Assembly (NCBI GenBank): GCA_976226885.1
Contig: OZ320314.1
Span: 36,270,001 to 36,334,000, forward strand
Length of the DNA stretch: 64,000 nt
From: Iphione sp. A-MEVVRFRX5
Lineage: Eukaryota
Reading direction: 5' to 3'
A program made the translations under genes and the position numbers. The stretch's first letter is position 1, and every line of letters begins with the position of its first letter. Below, piece after piece: positions 27,001 through 40,851 of the stretch. Below the pieces are notes generated by a model. It was not told the origin of the DNA. It searched no databases and saw only the letters and a program-made list of their open reading frames with translations.

Positions 27001-27863
27001 AAGCATAGAGGAGGAAATTTTCCCTGGTATTATTCAAGATCAAGTTAAAATGGGACCTTCGGGGCAACTAATATCATCAGTTCTGAATGCAATAAGTGAA
27101 GGTGTGTGTACACCAGTTCTACATTTTTCAAAGATGAAAGAAGGGAAGAAAGCATGCAAGCTCTTAATTGCTTTGCCAGTGTCAAACAGCCAAGTCAAAA
27201 GAACAAGACCTGTTTCATAGACATTCAGAAGTGTGTACTGTCGATATCTTTTGACAACCAGACCAGAGTGCGGACACAATTAGTTAGGCAAGAATTCACC
27301 AAGAAACAATTAGGCATACAAGGCAAGCCAGTAGGATTCATTTACAGACGGACCCCATCTACCAGAGTCTCAATAATCAGAATTTTCCCCAACTGGACTG
27401 AAATCAAATAATGAATTAATTCTCTCTTTAAAATGTACTATTTAACCGGAATCCATTAACCACCATCTGGACTTACTTAACAACATTCTTAGTTTGATTT
27501 TAATGAAAATACACACAGTTAACTGGATTATGACTTCCTGGCATGTTGGGGGCAATATGCAGACACCAGCGCCAGGCAGCACAATGGTGTGAGTGATACC
27601 CCCCCTGTAGTGTTTGTCACTTGCAAATTCGACAAACAACATAGGATGATGGTTGAGGCCTATGCTTGTGGCCCCTACATGTGAGAGATTAACATTTGCA
27701 GATGTTTATTTGGGGGGAATTTATTTAATTTCAATTTCCCATCCACTGTGTGTCTGCGCAAGGCGGTTATGTCTCCACATGCACATCCTCCTGGGCTTGA
27801 GAGTGGTTATAAGAGAGGTGCTCCAGGGTGTTTCCCCATTCATTCAATGCTTGAACCTGGAAA

Positions 27864-29430
27864 ATGTCTGAACTATCACCCAAACATAGACAAATCTGTA
27901 TTACCAACCAACAGAAGAAGGAGCTGTGTGCTTACAGGACAGCTCATCCTGGATGTTCCCAAGGAGAGCTAACCACGAAATTCTGTTCAAAATGGGGGTT
28001 CTCCATACCCAGGTTGACAATGTTAGACATTTTGAAGTGACCTGCCTGCTGGTTGTTGTTGGTGGAGGAGAAGGGCAACATATGTCATACACATTCTCCA
28101 GCTCAGGCAAAATTGGAACATGCATTATTATTGTGGTTCCATGATGTCCAAGCTCGGAGTGCTATCATCAGGAATGAGGTTATGATAGATAAGGCTTGGA
28201 CCCTGGGAGGACAACTTGGACTGGAGACATTTAGCTACAGTCATGGGTGGCTAGGATGCTTCAAGGCTCACTCAAGGCTATCAATATGTTCCATCAGCAC
28301 GGTAAGTCTGCATCAGCAGATTTGATCCAGGTTGCTGATGGGAGGTCATCTCTTCAAGAGGCATTGGCTGGATATGACCCTGATGATATTTATAATATCA
28401 ATGAAATGGGGTGGTTCCATCAGCTGAAGCCACCTTCCACTCTTGCCATGAAACCAGTAAAAGAAGAGAAATGATCCAAAGATCATATCACAGTTGTCCT
28501 GGCTTGCAATGCCACTGGTACAGATAATATCAGCTCACTGGTTATAGGCAAATCTGCATGTCCATGCTGTTTTTTGAAGGGATTTGATCCAGGAATGTAT
28601 GTTTACTATAGACACAATGCCAAGGCATGCATGATGGGGATGATATGGGTCAATTACCTCTCCACGTTGAATGAGAGAGCAAAGTTACAGGATCAACGAT
28701 ATGTTGTCTTTTGTGACAATGCCAGCCCCCACAAATCAACAGAGTCTTTCAGCAACCTCACCATCAAGTTTCTGCCTCCGAACACCACATCTCACATTCA
28801 GTCCTTGGATGCTGGGATTATTGCCTCCTTCAAGGCACAAGAAAAGAGGAGGCTGGTGAGACATTTCCTCAGATGCATTGAGAAGGAGGCACCTATGATC
28901 ACTGACCTGAGGAAGGTTATTCTCATGTTACATGAGGCCTGGGGCTGTGTAACAACCAGTACCATCCAGAGATGCTGGAAGCATGTCCAGATCCTCTTCC
29001 CCCCACACCTCAAGCTTCAGACAATGATGATGACAATGTCTCTAATGAGGATGAAATTCCTGTCAGAATTGCAGAGACTTCTCCAGACATTGCCCCAGGA
29101 TAAGGAAGATCAAATGATGACCGCACAGAAATATGCTCTGGTGGACTGTATTGTGCAGAGACCTCAGGTGAACTCTCAGATGGCAACCTGGTGACAATGG
29201 TGACTCAGACTGATGGGGCCCAGTCTGATAATGAGGACACTGGTGATGTGGCCAGACCCCCAGTCACCCTCAGAGATGTCACCAGGTGTGTTGGTATATT
29301 GGTGGCATTTTGTGAAGAACAACATGACATGCCTGGGGTGGAGTTCCTAAGATGACTCCTTCTCAAAGCCCAAACCACCAAAGCCAGCACCATACAAACC
29401 CTGATAAGAGACTTTTTCAACTCAAAGTGA
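27864..29430 (+). pseudogene. Degenerate pogo/Tigger (CENP-B/DDE_1) transposase
   Basis: From ATG 27864: ITNQQKKELCAYRTAHPGCSQGELTTKF (N-terminal HTH), LEHALLLWF..FSYSHGWLGCFK (CENP-B HTH), DDIYNINEMG, SKDHITVVLACNATG, VVFCDNASPH..FLPPNTTSHIQSLDAGIIASFK, and C-terminal QTLIRDFFNSK*. Multiple stops and frameshifts; TIRs not located. Confidence 0.92.
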
Positions 29431-29643
29431 CATGTTGGTTATGTCTATGTATTGTCTATGCATACATTGCCTGCTGATTAACATTTTTGACATGTGTGTA
29501 ATATTTGTTTTTTTCCACAATTTCCTCAGTTTACCCCTATTTCTTCATTAACTGGCAGTTTCTATTGAATAAATCACACTGCATTCAGTTTGAACCAATT
29601 CTGTGCCTTTATTTTCATTTTATGTGAAGAACTATATTTCACC

Positions 29644-29915
29644 TATATTTTATCCATTATGCATCATTTTTCCACCAGGAGATGCATGGATAGTAATTAA
29701 AATCATTTCAGATGATTTTCAATCACTTTCATAAAAGATCAATAACTCTCCTATATTTTACTATTATGCCCTCTTTGCACACCAAGAGATTCATGAGTAG
29801 CATTTAAGATCATTTTAGACAATTTCCATTCACTCTAATACCATATAAATAACCCTCTGATATTTTACTATTATGCACGTTTGACCCACAAGGAGATGCA
29901 TGAGTAGCATTTTCA
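29644..29915. repeat. Diverged 107-bp tandem repeat (~2.5 copies)
   Basis: attatgc...cca..gagat(g/t)catg..tag..att.a.atcattt.aga recurs with starts near 29655, 29762 and 29869. Confidence 0.75.
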
Positions 29916-31381
29916 CCTTCCAGATTTGTGTCAACTGGCTATATTTCCTAAAAGCCGAGGTACTCCTGCTAACAAGGTTCATCTGTAGTAGGTCAAAAGA
30001 ACAAGACATCATCACATGTGCATTCCAGGCATCTTAGAGAGTTTCAAATCAAACTGGCTAGTTATACAATACATTTGAGAACATATTATTTGAAAAGCTA
30101 AGTGTCAGGACCACTACGGGTCTTGGTTTCCAGGTCTATTATTCCTCTTCACTCTGTGTCTTTGTTTAGGTTGTTTGTCATCTGTTATACATTATCTCTC
30201 TATGTAATTCCTTTTCTAAGGGGCGCGGCGCAACAAGTGAACCACATTGTGTTATAAAAATGCAGTAGAAGTGAACACAATGTACATTCATGCATTTTTC
30301 CTGTTCATAAAATACCAATTGATAGAACTGAACATTGATAATTTCCTTCCATCATCCCTATCCTTGATAAAATGCAAATCCGTATCAGTTCTTGCATCCA
30401 GGCCTGCTGCTACAAATAAAAGCCCCGAGAGTGCAAGAATCATTTCCTCTATTACAAGCACCTTCGACACTCCACTCTCTTTGTCGTTTCCTAGAAGTGG
30501 GGCTGTTAGAGGTGTGACTGACTGAAGTCCTTCAAGTTTACAACCCTCAGTTCTGCTTGACTGAACACACAGGGATGTAGGAATACATCTAACCTACAGC
30601 ACCTCTGAAAAAGTAGTGCCAGAATTCTGTTCTACTTTCTTTTATATTCTGTTTTTTTTTCTCTGAACATATGACATTATCTATTATTCTAAAAAAGATT
30701 AACAGAACATATGCAAGAAAACAAATCATGAAGATTAGGAAAAGTCCCATGCACATGAAAACTCCTACCCAGAGGCAAACCTTTTAGGCAACGTTTTCTT
30801 ATGTGTAGTGTAAAAACCAAGGTCATTGAAATAATCCATCTCAAACATCCAAATTACAGCATTCTTCATATTAATCTGATTAAAAACCTTTTCTGTCTTT
30901 ATCTTTCTCCACTTTGTATACCTCCTGACACAGATGTCTTATATTGACCCTTTTAGCCGATAACTTTGGTACGTAAAAGAGCCATTCTATAGCCTTCATT
31001 CAAAAGCCTGATTCCAAAACCTCTCCAAAATACAGGACATCAGCAGACAGTATCCAGAACCTTTCTATGAGAACTCTACCTACTTTAATAGCAGTATCTG
31101 ATATTCACATCCAACTGATCATCCCTACTTTTAAGAACTGTCTCCTCACTGGTAACATCATCATACAGTAGCCAACACCAGTTAGGCCTATGTACAGAAA
31201 TATCTGTTTCCAAAACCTGACCGACCCTGATTTCTGCCCGTATAATACTTATTACTTTTTGTATTGTTTTATAAATATCCCCGGGATGGCTAATGCTATA
31301 AACGCATACAATGCACTGTTTTCTTCTTTAGAGCCTTAGCTCTCATATGATACTATTCTCATTAAAATCCAAGTGATAAAG

Positions 31382-31741
31382 GTGGAAGTGTTGAGCCCGG
31401 AATGTACTCCTCAGCTGCTTAAGTGATGTTAATATCGGAATAAGTAATTAAAAATACCCACCAACTGACCCTACATTTTTTCAGCATGTCACCGGAAACA
31501 CAGATATTCCTTTGAGCCTTAGTCAACACCTCTGTCCTAAATCTCTATAGTACTTGCTAAAGTGGAAGTGTTGAGCCCGGAATGTACTCCTCAGCTGCTT
31601 AAGTGATGTTAATATCGGAATAAGTAATTAAAAATACCCACCAACTGACCCTACATTTTTTCAGCATGTCACCGGAAACACAGATATTCCTTTGAGCCTT
31701 AGTCAACACCTCTGTCCTAAATCTCTATAGTACTTGCTAAA
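31382..31741. repeat. Perfect 180-bp tandem duplication
   Basis: Lines 31381/31441/31501 are identical to 31561/31621/31681 except for the first base; units are 31382-31561 and 31562-31741. Confidence 0.97.
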
Positions 31742-33090
31742 TTCACTCTAATAGTCACATCCAACTAATCAAGACTTCCTCTAAGAATTCATTTGGACTT
31801 TGCTAAATGCATTCATCCACTAGTGACATCCATCTAGTCAATGTCTATTTCAAGTAATCATCCTCATCAAATGACCGCATCACAGAACAGTTATCCTGCA
31901 GGATAAGTGGAATGCATGTGGAGATGCAGGTACGACCATCTGGTTTATTGTTTTACCGTGTCCCTCCTCACGTCAACACCTGGGGGAGGCGTAATCACTA
32001 TAACGGAAAGGTTGCGGAAGGGTGGGGGATAGCAGGCATAAGAAACTAATTAAGGTCGTGTATTAGGTATACCTGAGAATACCTACTCTCTGCGGCATAA
32101 TTTCAAAGGATTATCTTGGCTTCAGTTCCCTTCGGTAGAAATCCCATGCAGTTTTGTTCTCCCATTCTACTGTATAATTGCTGACAAAGCTCCTCATATT
32201 TGTGTGAAGGGACTTTTTCTTACAAGAAAGATTCTTAAATTATGAAGGATTATCATCTAAATAGGATTCAGGAAATAATTTTACATAGTATGTGACGATA
32301 AATCCAGATTGTGGAGACGGTCGGAACATGGAGAATACAGAGCTAACACCTTTCTTAAAATCAGACCGGACAAGTGGCTTAGATTGCAACGTCTAGTGTT
32401 GCCGGTACTTGACTGTTTTACTATAAGAGTATCTTGTTACCGTTCCCCTCGGGAACAAAGGAAGCCTTGGTCGGTTTATAAAGACGGTCAGCTAATAAAA
32501 CACTGTCCGTACAAAGCAACGATGTAGTCGTTTTTTCTCAAAGTTGCTGCAACACCCATTAGGTAGGCGTTGTCTAATGTTTATCCGGGAAAGTACAAAA
32601 TAACGACCTTAAGTGTTGTCTGAAAGGTAAACTCGCATACATTCAGTAGTATATTCAAACTAGAATAGGAGATATGTCGGAATAATTGCACCGTATGAGC
32701 CAATTATCATTTTCATTTTTTATGAAGGTTAAAATACAACAGGTGCGAGAATCCCGGCTCGATCGTATCGGTCGTTTTCCTGGTATTGCCAACATTGCTG
32801 CCGCTGCACCATCGCACTCAGCAGCCAGCGGTGTGGGTAAAAAAAGCATTGATCCGGATTCACGGTTGCACAGCAGTGCGAAAGCAGGAAGGATCCTGTT
32901 CGCGGCTGCTCGTTGTAGTTCACAAGGCCTGCCACCAAGCGATGGGAAACATTAGTCGTGGCCGCAGGCAAAGGTTGGGAGGGCCTTCCTCTCACCAACC
33001 ACCACCCAAACCCTCCCTTTCTTACCACCAGCCATCGCCTTCGTGATGCCGAGGTGAGGTGAAGTCCCAGTAAGACCGCATCTCACTTCT

Positions 33091-33127
33091 CCCACCCACC
33101 GACCCACCGACCCACCCACCCATCCCT
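33091..33127 (-). other. (GGGT)n-like microsatellite / G-quadruplex motif
   Basis: Minus strand reads GGGatGGGtGGGtGGGtcggtGGGtcggtGGGtGGG. Confidence 0.5.
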
Positions 33128-36100
33128 CGTCCTCCACTCTACTACGCGCGTTGGTATAACGGTTGCGCCGCACCCGACAATAATTGATGTGACATGCGCA
33201 GTGAGTGTGAGCCACGCTCAAATAGGGATGCCTCTGTTCCAAACGGCTGCGGACCTCTAGAGCGAGAGCCACCTTCTTTGTGTGCGACCCGCGATATGAA
33301 AGAATTCCTCCGGCCCATCCCTCCATCCCACCTCCGCCTCATCCATTAAGGCCGATCGCCAAGTCCTCCCCTAGGTTTCTTTTTCACTTGCTTATCGATT
33401 AAATGGATCACAGAATAACCGGACGTTCTGCCCGCATCGGACGTCCTGACAACAAAATAGAGAAGCATAATAAAAAATTCCACACCCGCTGCTTGTATAC
33501 AGATCGTATTCTTTGTGGATGGGTGCATGTATTGCGGAGCGTGAAGCCTACCCGTAGACATTTGAGACATATATGTGTATGAATGATTATATATGCACAT
33601 GTACATGAGATCTTTTCAGGAAGCATTTCACTCGCCTTGTGATAGAGGCTTTTGGTGAAATGGTTGGTGTTTGCCTTCGAATAGGGGCTATCCGCCGTGT
33701 CATTTATGCATCATCAGATTCGTGAACGCAGTGTCAATACAACTTCTATCCCTCTCGACAGCTATGTTTCCACAGCTGTTTCGCAATACGCAGGCGCAAT
33801 CGATTCACCCTAAACAAGCCAACTATACGGTGAGAATTTTACCCTTAGCGACTGCAGTATAAATATTGGCGTCAAGCTCAGTTTAAAGTTTTGTTTTCAT
33901 TCCTATTGATCCAATGTAGAGGAGATGCAAAAGCTATTTTTGCTTTACAGCCTTTTTGGTATCGTTTCATAAGCCTCTTGTTATTGAAAATTTTGTCCGA
34001 AGGTTATCTCCTGCTTCATAACAATGGAGAGCCTATATGCGTATTAACATTTGATATTAACGATACATTTATATGCATATATAACGGGCGGAAAGTAAAT
34101 ATTCAGCGCCACTGGCTGTCTACAGAGAAAACAGATCAAAGAACGACCAGTCAAAAAGTGGATGAAAATGGAAAAGCCTTGTCGACCGGTGATCAAAAAG
34201 CACAGAGGAAACGTTTACAAAGGCAACATTCTACCGGGCTGAAATTATTTGGCTGTGAAATACATGGTTTGAGCTGTCTTTCTTTTTCAGTTTTCTTGTA
34301 CATGCTAAATGAAATTTCATTTCGTGGACTACACACCAAAGCCTCCATTGTGACGAGGTGATATCAGGTATGCAATGCAACGTTAAAATTAAGAAAGCAT
34401 ATATTAAAAAGCAAAGGTTTTGTATTACAGACGAGTGGTGCATATTTTGAGCTTTTGGTGAACAGAGTAAACAAGTCTCATAATTTGTACTTTTTACCAA
34501 TTTATACAGCAGAAGATTCGAAATGTAGTGGCAATTCTCTATACAGGAGATTCTATGCTGTTATTTAACTGGCCAAGTGAATGTTGCTTAGCATTAGTTT
34601 TTCGGCTTCTTTAAGATCTTGAGTGAACCGTTCGCACAAATGTCATACTTCAAAAATGGGTCTTTTTTCAAAGTTGGTAGGCGATTAAAAATACATACCT
34701 ATTCCCCAAACTATAAGGTCTAGCAGATGGCTAATCAATATACATGTATTACGTTGTCGCAGTTTCGAACAAATTGTTCGAAAGATTGTTCTCAGGCTGC
34801 CCATACAACAGGTTCCTGAGAGAGCAATGTCGTATGCTGCTGTGGACCGAACGCTTCCATGCACGCGAGGCCAGTGCGAAAAATAAAAGACTCGGGATGC
34901 CGACCGAGTGAGCGGTCGGCCCAGTTGGGCAGTCTGTTCAATCCTCTCCACTGGGGAAGGGCTTGTTTGAAAAAAAAGGTGTGTTATGTGGCGTCACATC
35001 TCCTGCAGACCGGTCGCGCAGGTGGAATAATTGATTGCTGCGAATAGTCTGGAAGATCCATTGTCGTCATATCCGCTTACCTGTGTTTTGACGACACAGT
35101 CGGTTTTTCGCCTGTCTTTTCGTTGTTGCCGACGCTATTGAAAAGTACTCTGTGAAGCGAAGGCGAATTGGAGATATTTTTGTACCCCCGATAGAAAGTC
35201 TAGCGATAAGGAAAAACAGTCGTGCGCCTCGTCATCCATTCAAGAGAAGGTGATAATGATGGAAAGCCAACAGCATACGTCATTTAGACCTAATATGAAT
35301 GGGCCCTCTATCATAGAAATGGGGTTTGTGGAAGAATTCGTGATCTAAAAGGACATACTATATTATAAACGTCTTCACATTTTGCCAATATTAGTGAAAA
35401 TTATTTCTGGTTTGGGGCCAGTGCTCACAAGAACCGAACAAGAACCGCATGTAAATGTCATCGTGTTTCTATTCTTCCTGTGTCGTACATGGAAATAGGG
35501 TCCTTAATCGAGCTTTGGTCTTATAAATCATATTGAAAAATAAAATTCAAATTCACCGGTGGCTGAAGTTTGATTATCAATCAGAGATTCTCTATTCAGA
35601 GTATTACTATGAATCGTTACAGGGTCAGAGGCAGTTCAGTGAAAATGAGTAATAAAGCAGGAGAAATCTGGTTACTTCGTCCAGAGAAGATAGTTAGGGC
35701 AAAGAGAAATGAAGTATAAAAAAGTGCATGTGTTTGTATGTCGTATTAATGTTTAGAAAATTCAAATACATACATATAGTATTGAATAATGCAACCATTT
35801 CTTCATAAAAGACTAAACAAAGTACTATCGTCGACAATGAACGGCAGAAAGTGAAATCGTGACGGAAATATCAATGCAGACAATCTGCAGCCAGTTGTTG
35901 TTTTATGGAATGATAAATCCTGGGGTAGAGTGGAAGGTCTACATTTGTTTTGCTCCCATAATATTTGTACTCACTTTTTGCCGTTCTTATAACCATAAAA
36001 CAATAATCATCAAAATAAAAAGGCAGTTTGTGATGGAACGGTTTAGACGTAAGCCCCTTGTGAATTAAGCTGTAAAATTGTGTCTCGTTCGGGACAATTA

Positions 36101-39100
36101 TAGCTGCTGTATCCCATATCTTCACGCGAAAGGGTCTATAAAGCTAAACTGTTTCAGGCAGCAACAGTGCGACTAGGACAATAGCTGATTTGCAGATATG
36201 GCTGCAACTGCCTGCTCTGGCTGCGCAATGCAGTCCCTGGCGCACATCTGGCCGAACTCAGCCGCTTGACTATAATGTTACCGCAGTGTTTAAAAGTCAA
36301 CGAAGAACTGCTTTATGTCAACTTTTTGTCCAGGTCCTTAGCATTTTAATTTTTACTATCTTTCTATTACATTCACAAGCCCTAATTCTATACAAGAGAA
36401 TACAAAAGGAAAATGTGTTTTAAAGAAACGATTACATTTTCGATAAGACAAAACATGCAAGTTGAGTTGGTACCCAACAAAAATACAGCTCAACAATATC
36501 GACGGTTATTTTTTGCTGACGTAATAGCCTGCTTAAACGTTTTCTTTTTTTCCATTACTAATTAATCTTGAAAACATCAAGTGTGTGTTTCTAAACGTGA
36601 CATTATCCTTTCCGCTACTCAATGTAAAGCTGATGACGTACGGAAGAAATCATGTATAGCTTGTAGCCACTCTGACGATATTCACAGAACAATAATTTCA
36701 CTGTTAATACCTTCCACCCAACAATATATGTATAGGTTCAAATCGCATTTTCTTTAGCGTTTTAGAAATTGCCATGATAAGGACTACCAGCAGAATAGCA
36801 TCACGCCCGATGGGGGTCCTTGCCAGTCATTGAGATTATAAATCTTCTCAAACGTCGGTGGGAGGGGGGCGGAGGAGAGCGGGGTTGACCGTGCTGTGTC
36901 TAACTTGGCAGGATGATTTGCCAGTCGCTGTGAACGGCACACGTGACAGTTAATACTTGCTTCTTTGAGGTAATCCTTACCGACGTCTTAAGCGATGTAC
37001 CCAGACTACGGGTGTTATGTATGAACTATAGCAAAGGAATCGGCTATAAAGATGGGTATAATGCAGGTCGGCAAACAGGTCGGCAAACGGGCAAAGCCAT
37101 AGTCGTTGCATGTTATGATGTAGTTTATATTTCCTCGTCTTTTAAAGTAATAACTAATATAAATCGTTAAAACAATAAATATGAGACAGTTGCTGGCTTC
37201 TTCGAACTTGAAAAAAGATGATCGTAACTATTCCTACCGGAGTGCCTTTTAAATTCAACTAGCTTCCGACGCGTTCGAACTAAATGGTGTGCATCAATTT
37301 TATAATTAAATAGTCCCTGTAGCTGACTACAAAATGACTACTGAATCGGAATGAAGCGTTAGATCTGACTATTACAGTGAGCCTAACATGAATGGTACTG
37401 AAAACAAACAACTAAATCTTACGCATGGCAGCAAAAGTCGCTGACCCAGCAAATCTAATTGCCATGGTTCTAATTTCAGCTGTAAATCACAACCCTTTCC
37501 GTCGCTATAAAACAAGGAAGGGGCCGTTCCGTCGGTTTCTTTTTTAATCCCTATATTATTCATTTGCAGGAGGTCGGCAATCTTTCAGGAATTCTTTCAC
37601 TGCAGCAGGCTCTTCCGTCATTTGGAATGGGCAATTCGACGGCGGCGCGCTCACAAATCAATCCGAGTTAAACACCAATCGCAACACTGGAGAGTAGGTA
37701 GCTTTCCTATAAGCATAATGATCGTGTTAATTCTGTTTTAGGAGTCAGTACCAAGGACATATGTTACTTGGTAAAGACAATTCTGGATATAACGCTTTGA
37801 ATTCACGAGCAGTCGCATCAGACTTCGATTTTGTGACACGGCATGATTGAAGTAGCTGTTTTAGTGGTAATACGTGCAGGCAAGAAGGAGCACGGTGTTC
37901 TTTACAGTCTCTATTGTAGTCATCGTTTCAGAGTGAGAGAATCAAGGAACAGAGTTTATTGAAGAGATTACAAGCTACTCGTTTGGCGAAACCTGGGTGC
38001 AGCCACTACATTTGACCCGTCGCAAATAATGGGGAAAATGGTTTCAGATGAAAAAATAAGGGGGTCCACAACTGCATACCTCTGAAGCACGAGGGCTAGT
38101 CGGTATGTGTATGTGTCAGGAGCAAACATTATTGATTGATTACCGTCTAGAGTTTCCTGTTCATGATTGATGGACCCGCAGATCTCGATAAGCAGGCAAA
38201 GGAACGAAACGGAGGCAGACCAGTGAACAATAGGCGAGGAGCAAACATTTGCCATCACGCAAGATGGAGGCGGAGTCGATCCTGCTCGATAAATGTTGGA
38301 CATAGGAAAGGTATAATAGGACCGATGACCCCAAGGCCTAATTCACAAAGCATAAGGTCTGTGTATAAATTGATTTATTTATCATCGGTTACGTGATGTA
38401 GTACTCACCTGCGCTGAGAGGAGCATAATCAGTGTTGCACCAAAACGGAACTTATGGGGTTTCTATTCTATTCCCGGGCGATAATAAGCAAGGCCGTGGG
38501 TGTTTTGCGTTTTACAAGGCACAGTACATTGTGCAGCGACGACAACATGTTTACTGAAAACCTCAGCGGCTTGGCAGGCGACGGTCTCCCATACTACCGC
38601 ACTGAAGATTTGCTGTTATCATAATTCCCTGTAAATGTTTCCTTACGTACGATTGTCTCCATTAGCATGCATATGATTCATTTGATTATCGATGCGATGC
38701 ATTGTATCTGCAAGGTAATTATGTCGATAATGCATGCATTTGTCCTTTCTCTGAGTTTCCCCACAGCAATTTTAACTTTCAACATGGCATGTATCTCTGT
38801 ACGCATTTTTTCTATGCCTCTCGGTATATGCATCAGGCAGTATTTCGATAATGTTTTATGTGTTCCAAAGGATATGTTAACATTTTATGTCGGCCATGGT
38901 AACTATGCATTTTACTGAAGGCTTGCGATGAAGGAATTGTGAAGTCCTTAACAACGAAGATGGAACAGAATTGCAACGCATCCGCACTTATAAGTGCAAC
39001 ACATCAGCACATTACTGTACTGTTTCTCTGTAAATTGGGCCTGCATTTCCCCTTAGTCCCTTTGCTTTGATATTCTGCAATACGTTTGCCTTGGCATATC

Positions 39101-40851
39101 TTATTGCGAGTCGTAATGCTGTGTGCAGTCGGCTTATGGATCTATAGCAGATTAATAGACTTATTCCCCTGTTGCATCACTTTCATAGTATTTATTCATT
39201 CATTTAACGCATATCATGTCAGTGAAATACCTTCTTGACCCGCTTACCCTGGATAAGTCACAGATTCCGTCGCCATGTGAGATCTTCCAAGGCCATCATA
39301 GCTTACAGTCATGAAGGCACTGGTGCGTCGAGCAGTCCGTAACGCTCCTTTGATTTGCACCGTATCTCTAAGACTGAAGACATACATATTCATGAGCTTC
39401 GTAACAAGTCTGGCCTACGGGCCACTTTGAAGAAACTCGGTCTGCATATGTATGCCGACTGCCAGGTGAAGAATTTCATTAACCCTGTTAAAGCCGAAAT
39501 ATTTAGGGTGTTTTTCATTCTCAGATGCTTGTGAACCTGTAGTCTACATTTTTTTCCCTGGGGGGTAATTCATATCATATCACAGATCGATCCTTTTTCA
39601 GCACACTAGCAACAGTTTGGTTATTCTCAGAACATGACGATCTTCTAGTTTGAGTACTTTCATAATAGTGAACTTTCGTTTTTTCACGCACATATTTGTG
39701 ACATCTTTCTGTGTTTTAAATACTCTAGGAAGGCCATCTTGGCAATACATGTATTTTGCTGCTTGTTGAGGTTGAGATATAGAATAACAGAATAGCCGAA
39801 GGTGGTACAAGAAGAAGCCTGTCCGGGAATGCACTAATTATGCGCACATTGACGGTAAAATACGTTGTACAACCAAATTTCATCATGTCTTGCGTTAACG
39901 ACATTCTGTGCTGATGAGTCGAAATGGAATTACGAGGAAACGTGTCATTTAATGTCAAGAGAAATGACTTTCCTACCGGTGGGTGCACACAGCAAGATGT
40001 TAACCAGATTATTGGGACTGAACTCAAAATGACATACTGATGAATATTACTATGAGTTCTAGAGTATATATGCTTTGACTTAAACAAAACTGGTTATTCG
40101 TAACGCAAACATTGGTTAGCGGGAGGGCACTATTAAAACACAAGGTCCAATTAGAACCACATAGAAGCCAACTTATGTAATATTTTTTGTAAAGTACATA
40201 TATAACCGTTAGAAATTATTACGAATTGAAATAAGAGAATATAGAACATTAAATCAGAAGAAAAATATAGAACATCCTTTCATAAACAGAGGTTATAAAA
40301 CAACGAATAGAAAAAACCGTATTGCACAGTACATCGCCAAAAGGGTTTTCATTTCAGGTACCTCGATAAGTTCGCAATATTTGCATTCATGAGAGACACT
40401 GGTCTAATCGCCTCCCCTTCCCTTTGTTTGTTATTCATTAAATACATGGGCCGTGAAGGATTCATTTTCTCACTCAGAATTCCTATCAAGTCGAGAGAGA
40501 GAGACACGCCTGGCAAGGGCTACAATAATTTAAAATGGCACTCTTACTCACCGACATGATCGGAAGCAGAGAAAGTGAGATGAAATTACGTTGAACACAG
40601 CAGGCAAGCATAAATTCATGGCTACTCCTTCAAAATGGCAACTATGATAAACGCTATTTATGACATTAGTTTGGGACTACAGAAGTCGTTCTACTATTGA
40701 CGCTTATATGTATTTCGCTCCACATATATTGACAAAAGTAAAAAAGCAGAGTGATGCTGAAAATGATGGCCATACCTTCATTCATACGGACTGTGGGCTT
40801 TACTTTCTACGCACATTTCATGTACCCAAACCATGTGCACTCATATACATA

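Noticed and set aside
30600-31900. Possible second LINE remnant on the minus strand
   Set aside because: There is only vague similarity to the EN-RT linker; no diagnostic RT or endonuclease motif was found.
39479-39510. piggyBac-like end TTAA-CCCTGTTAAAGCCG
   Set aside because: I found no matching opposite TIR or transposase remnant.
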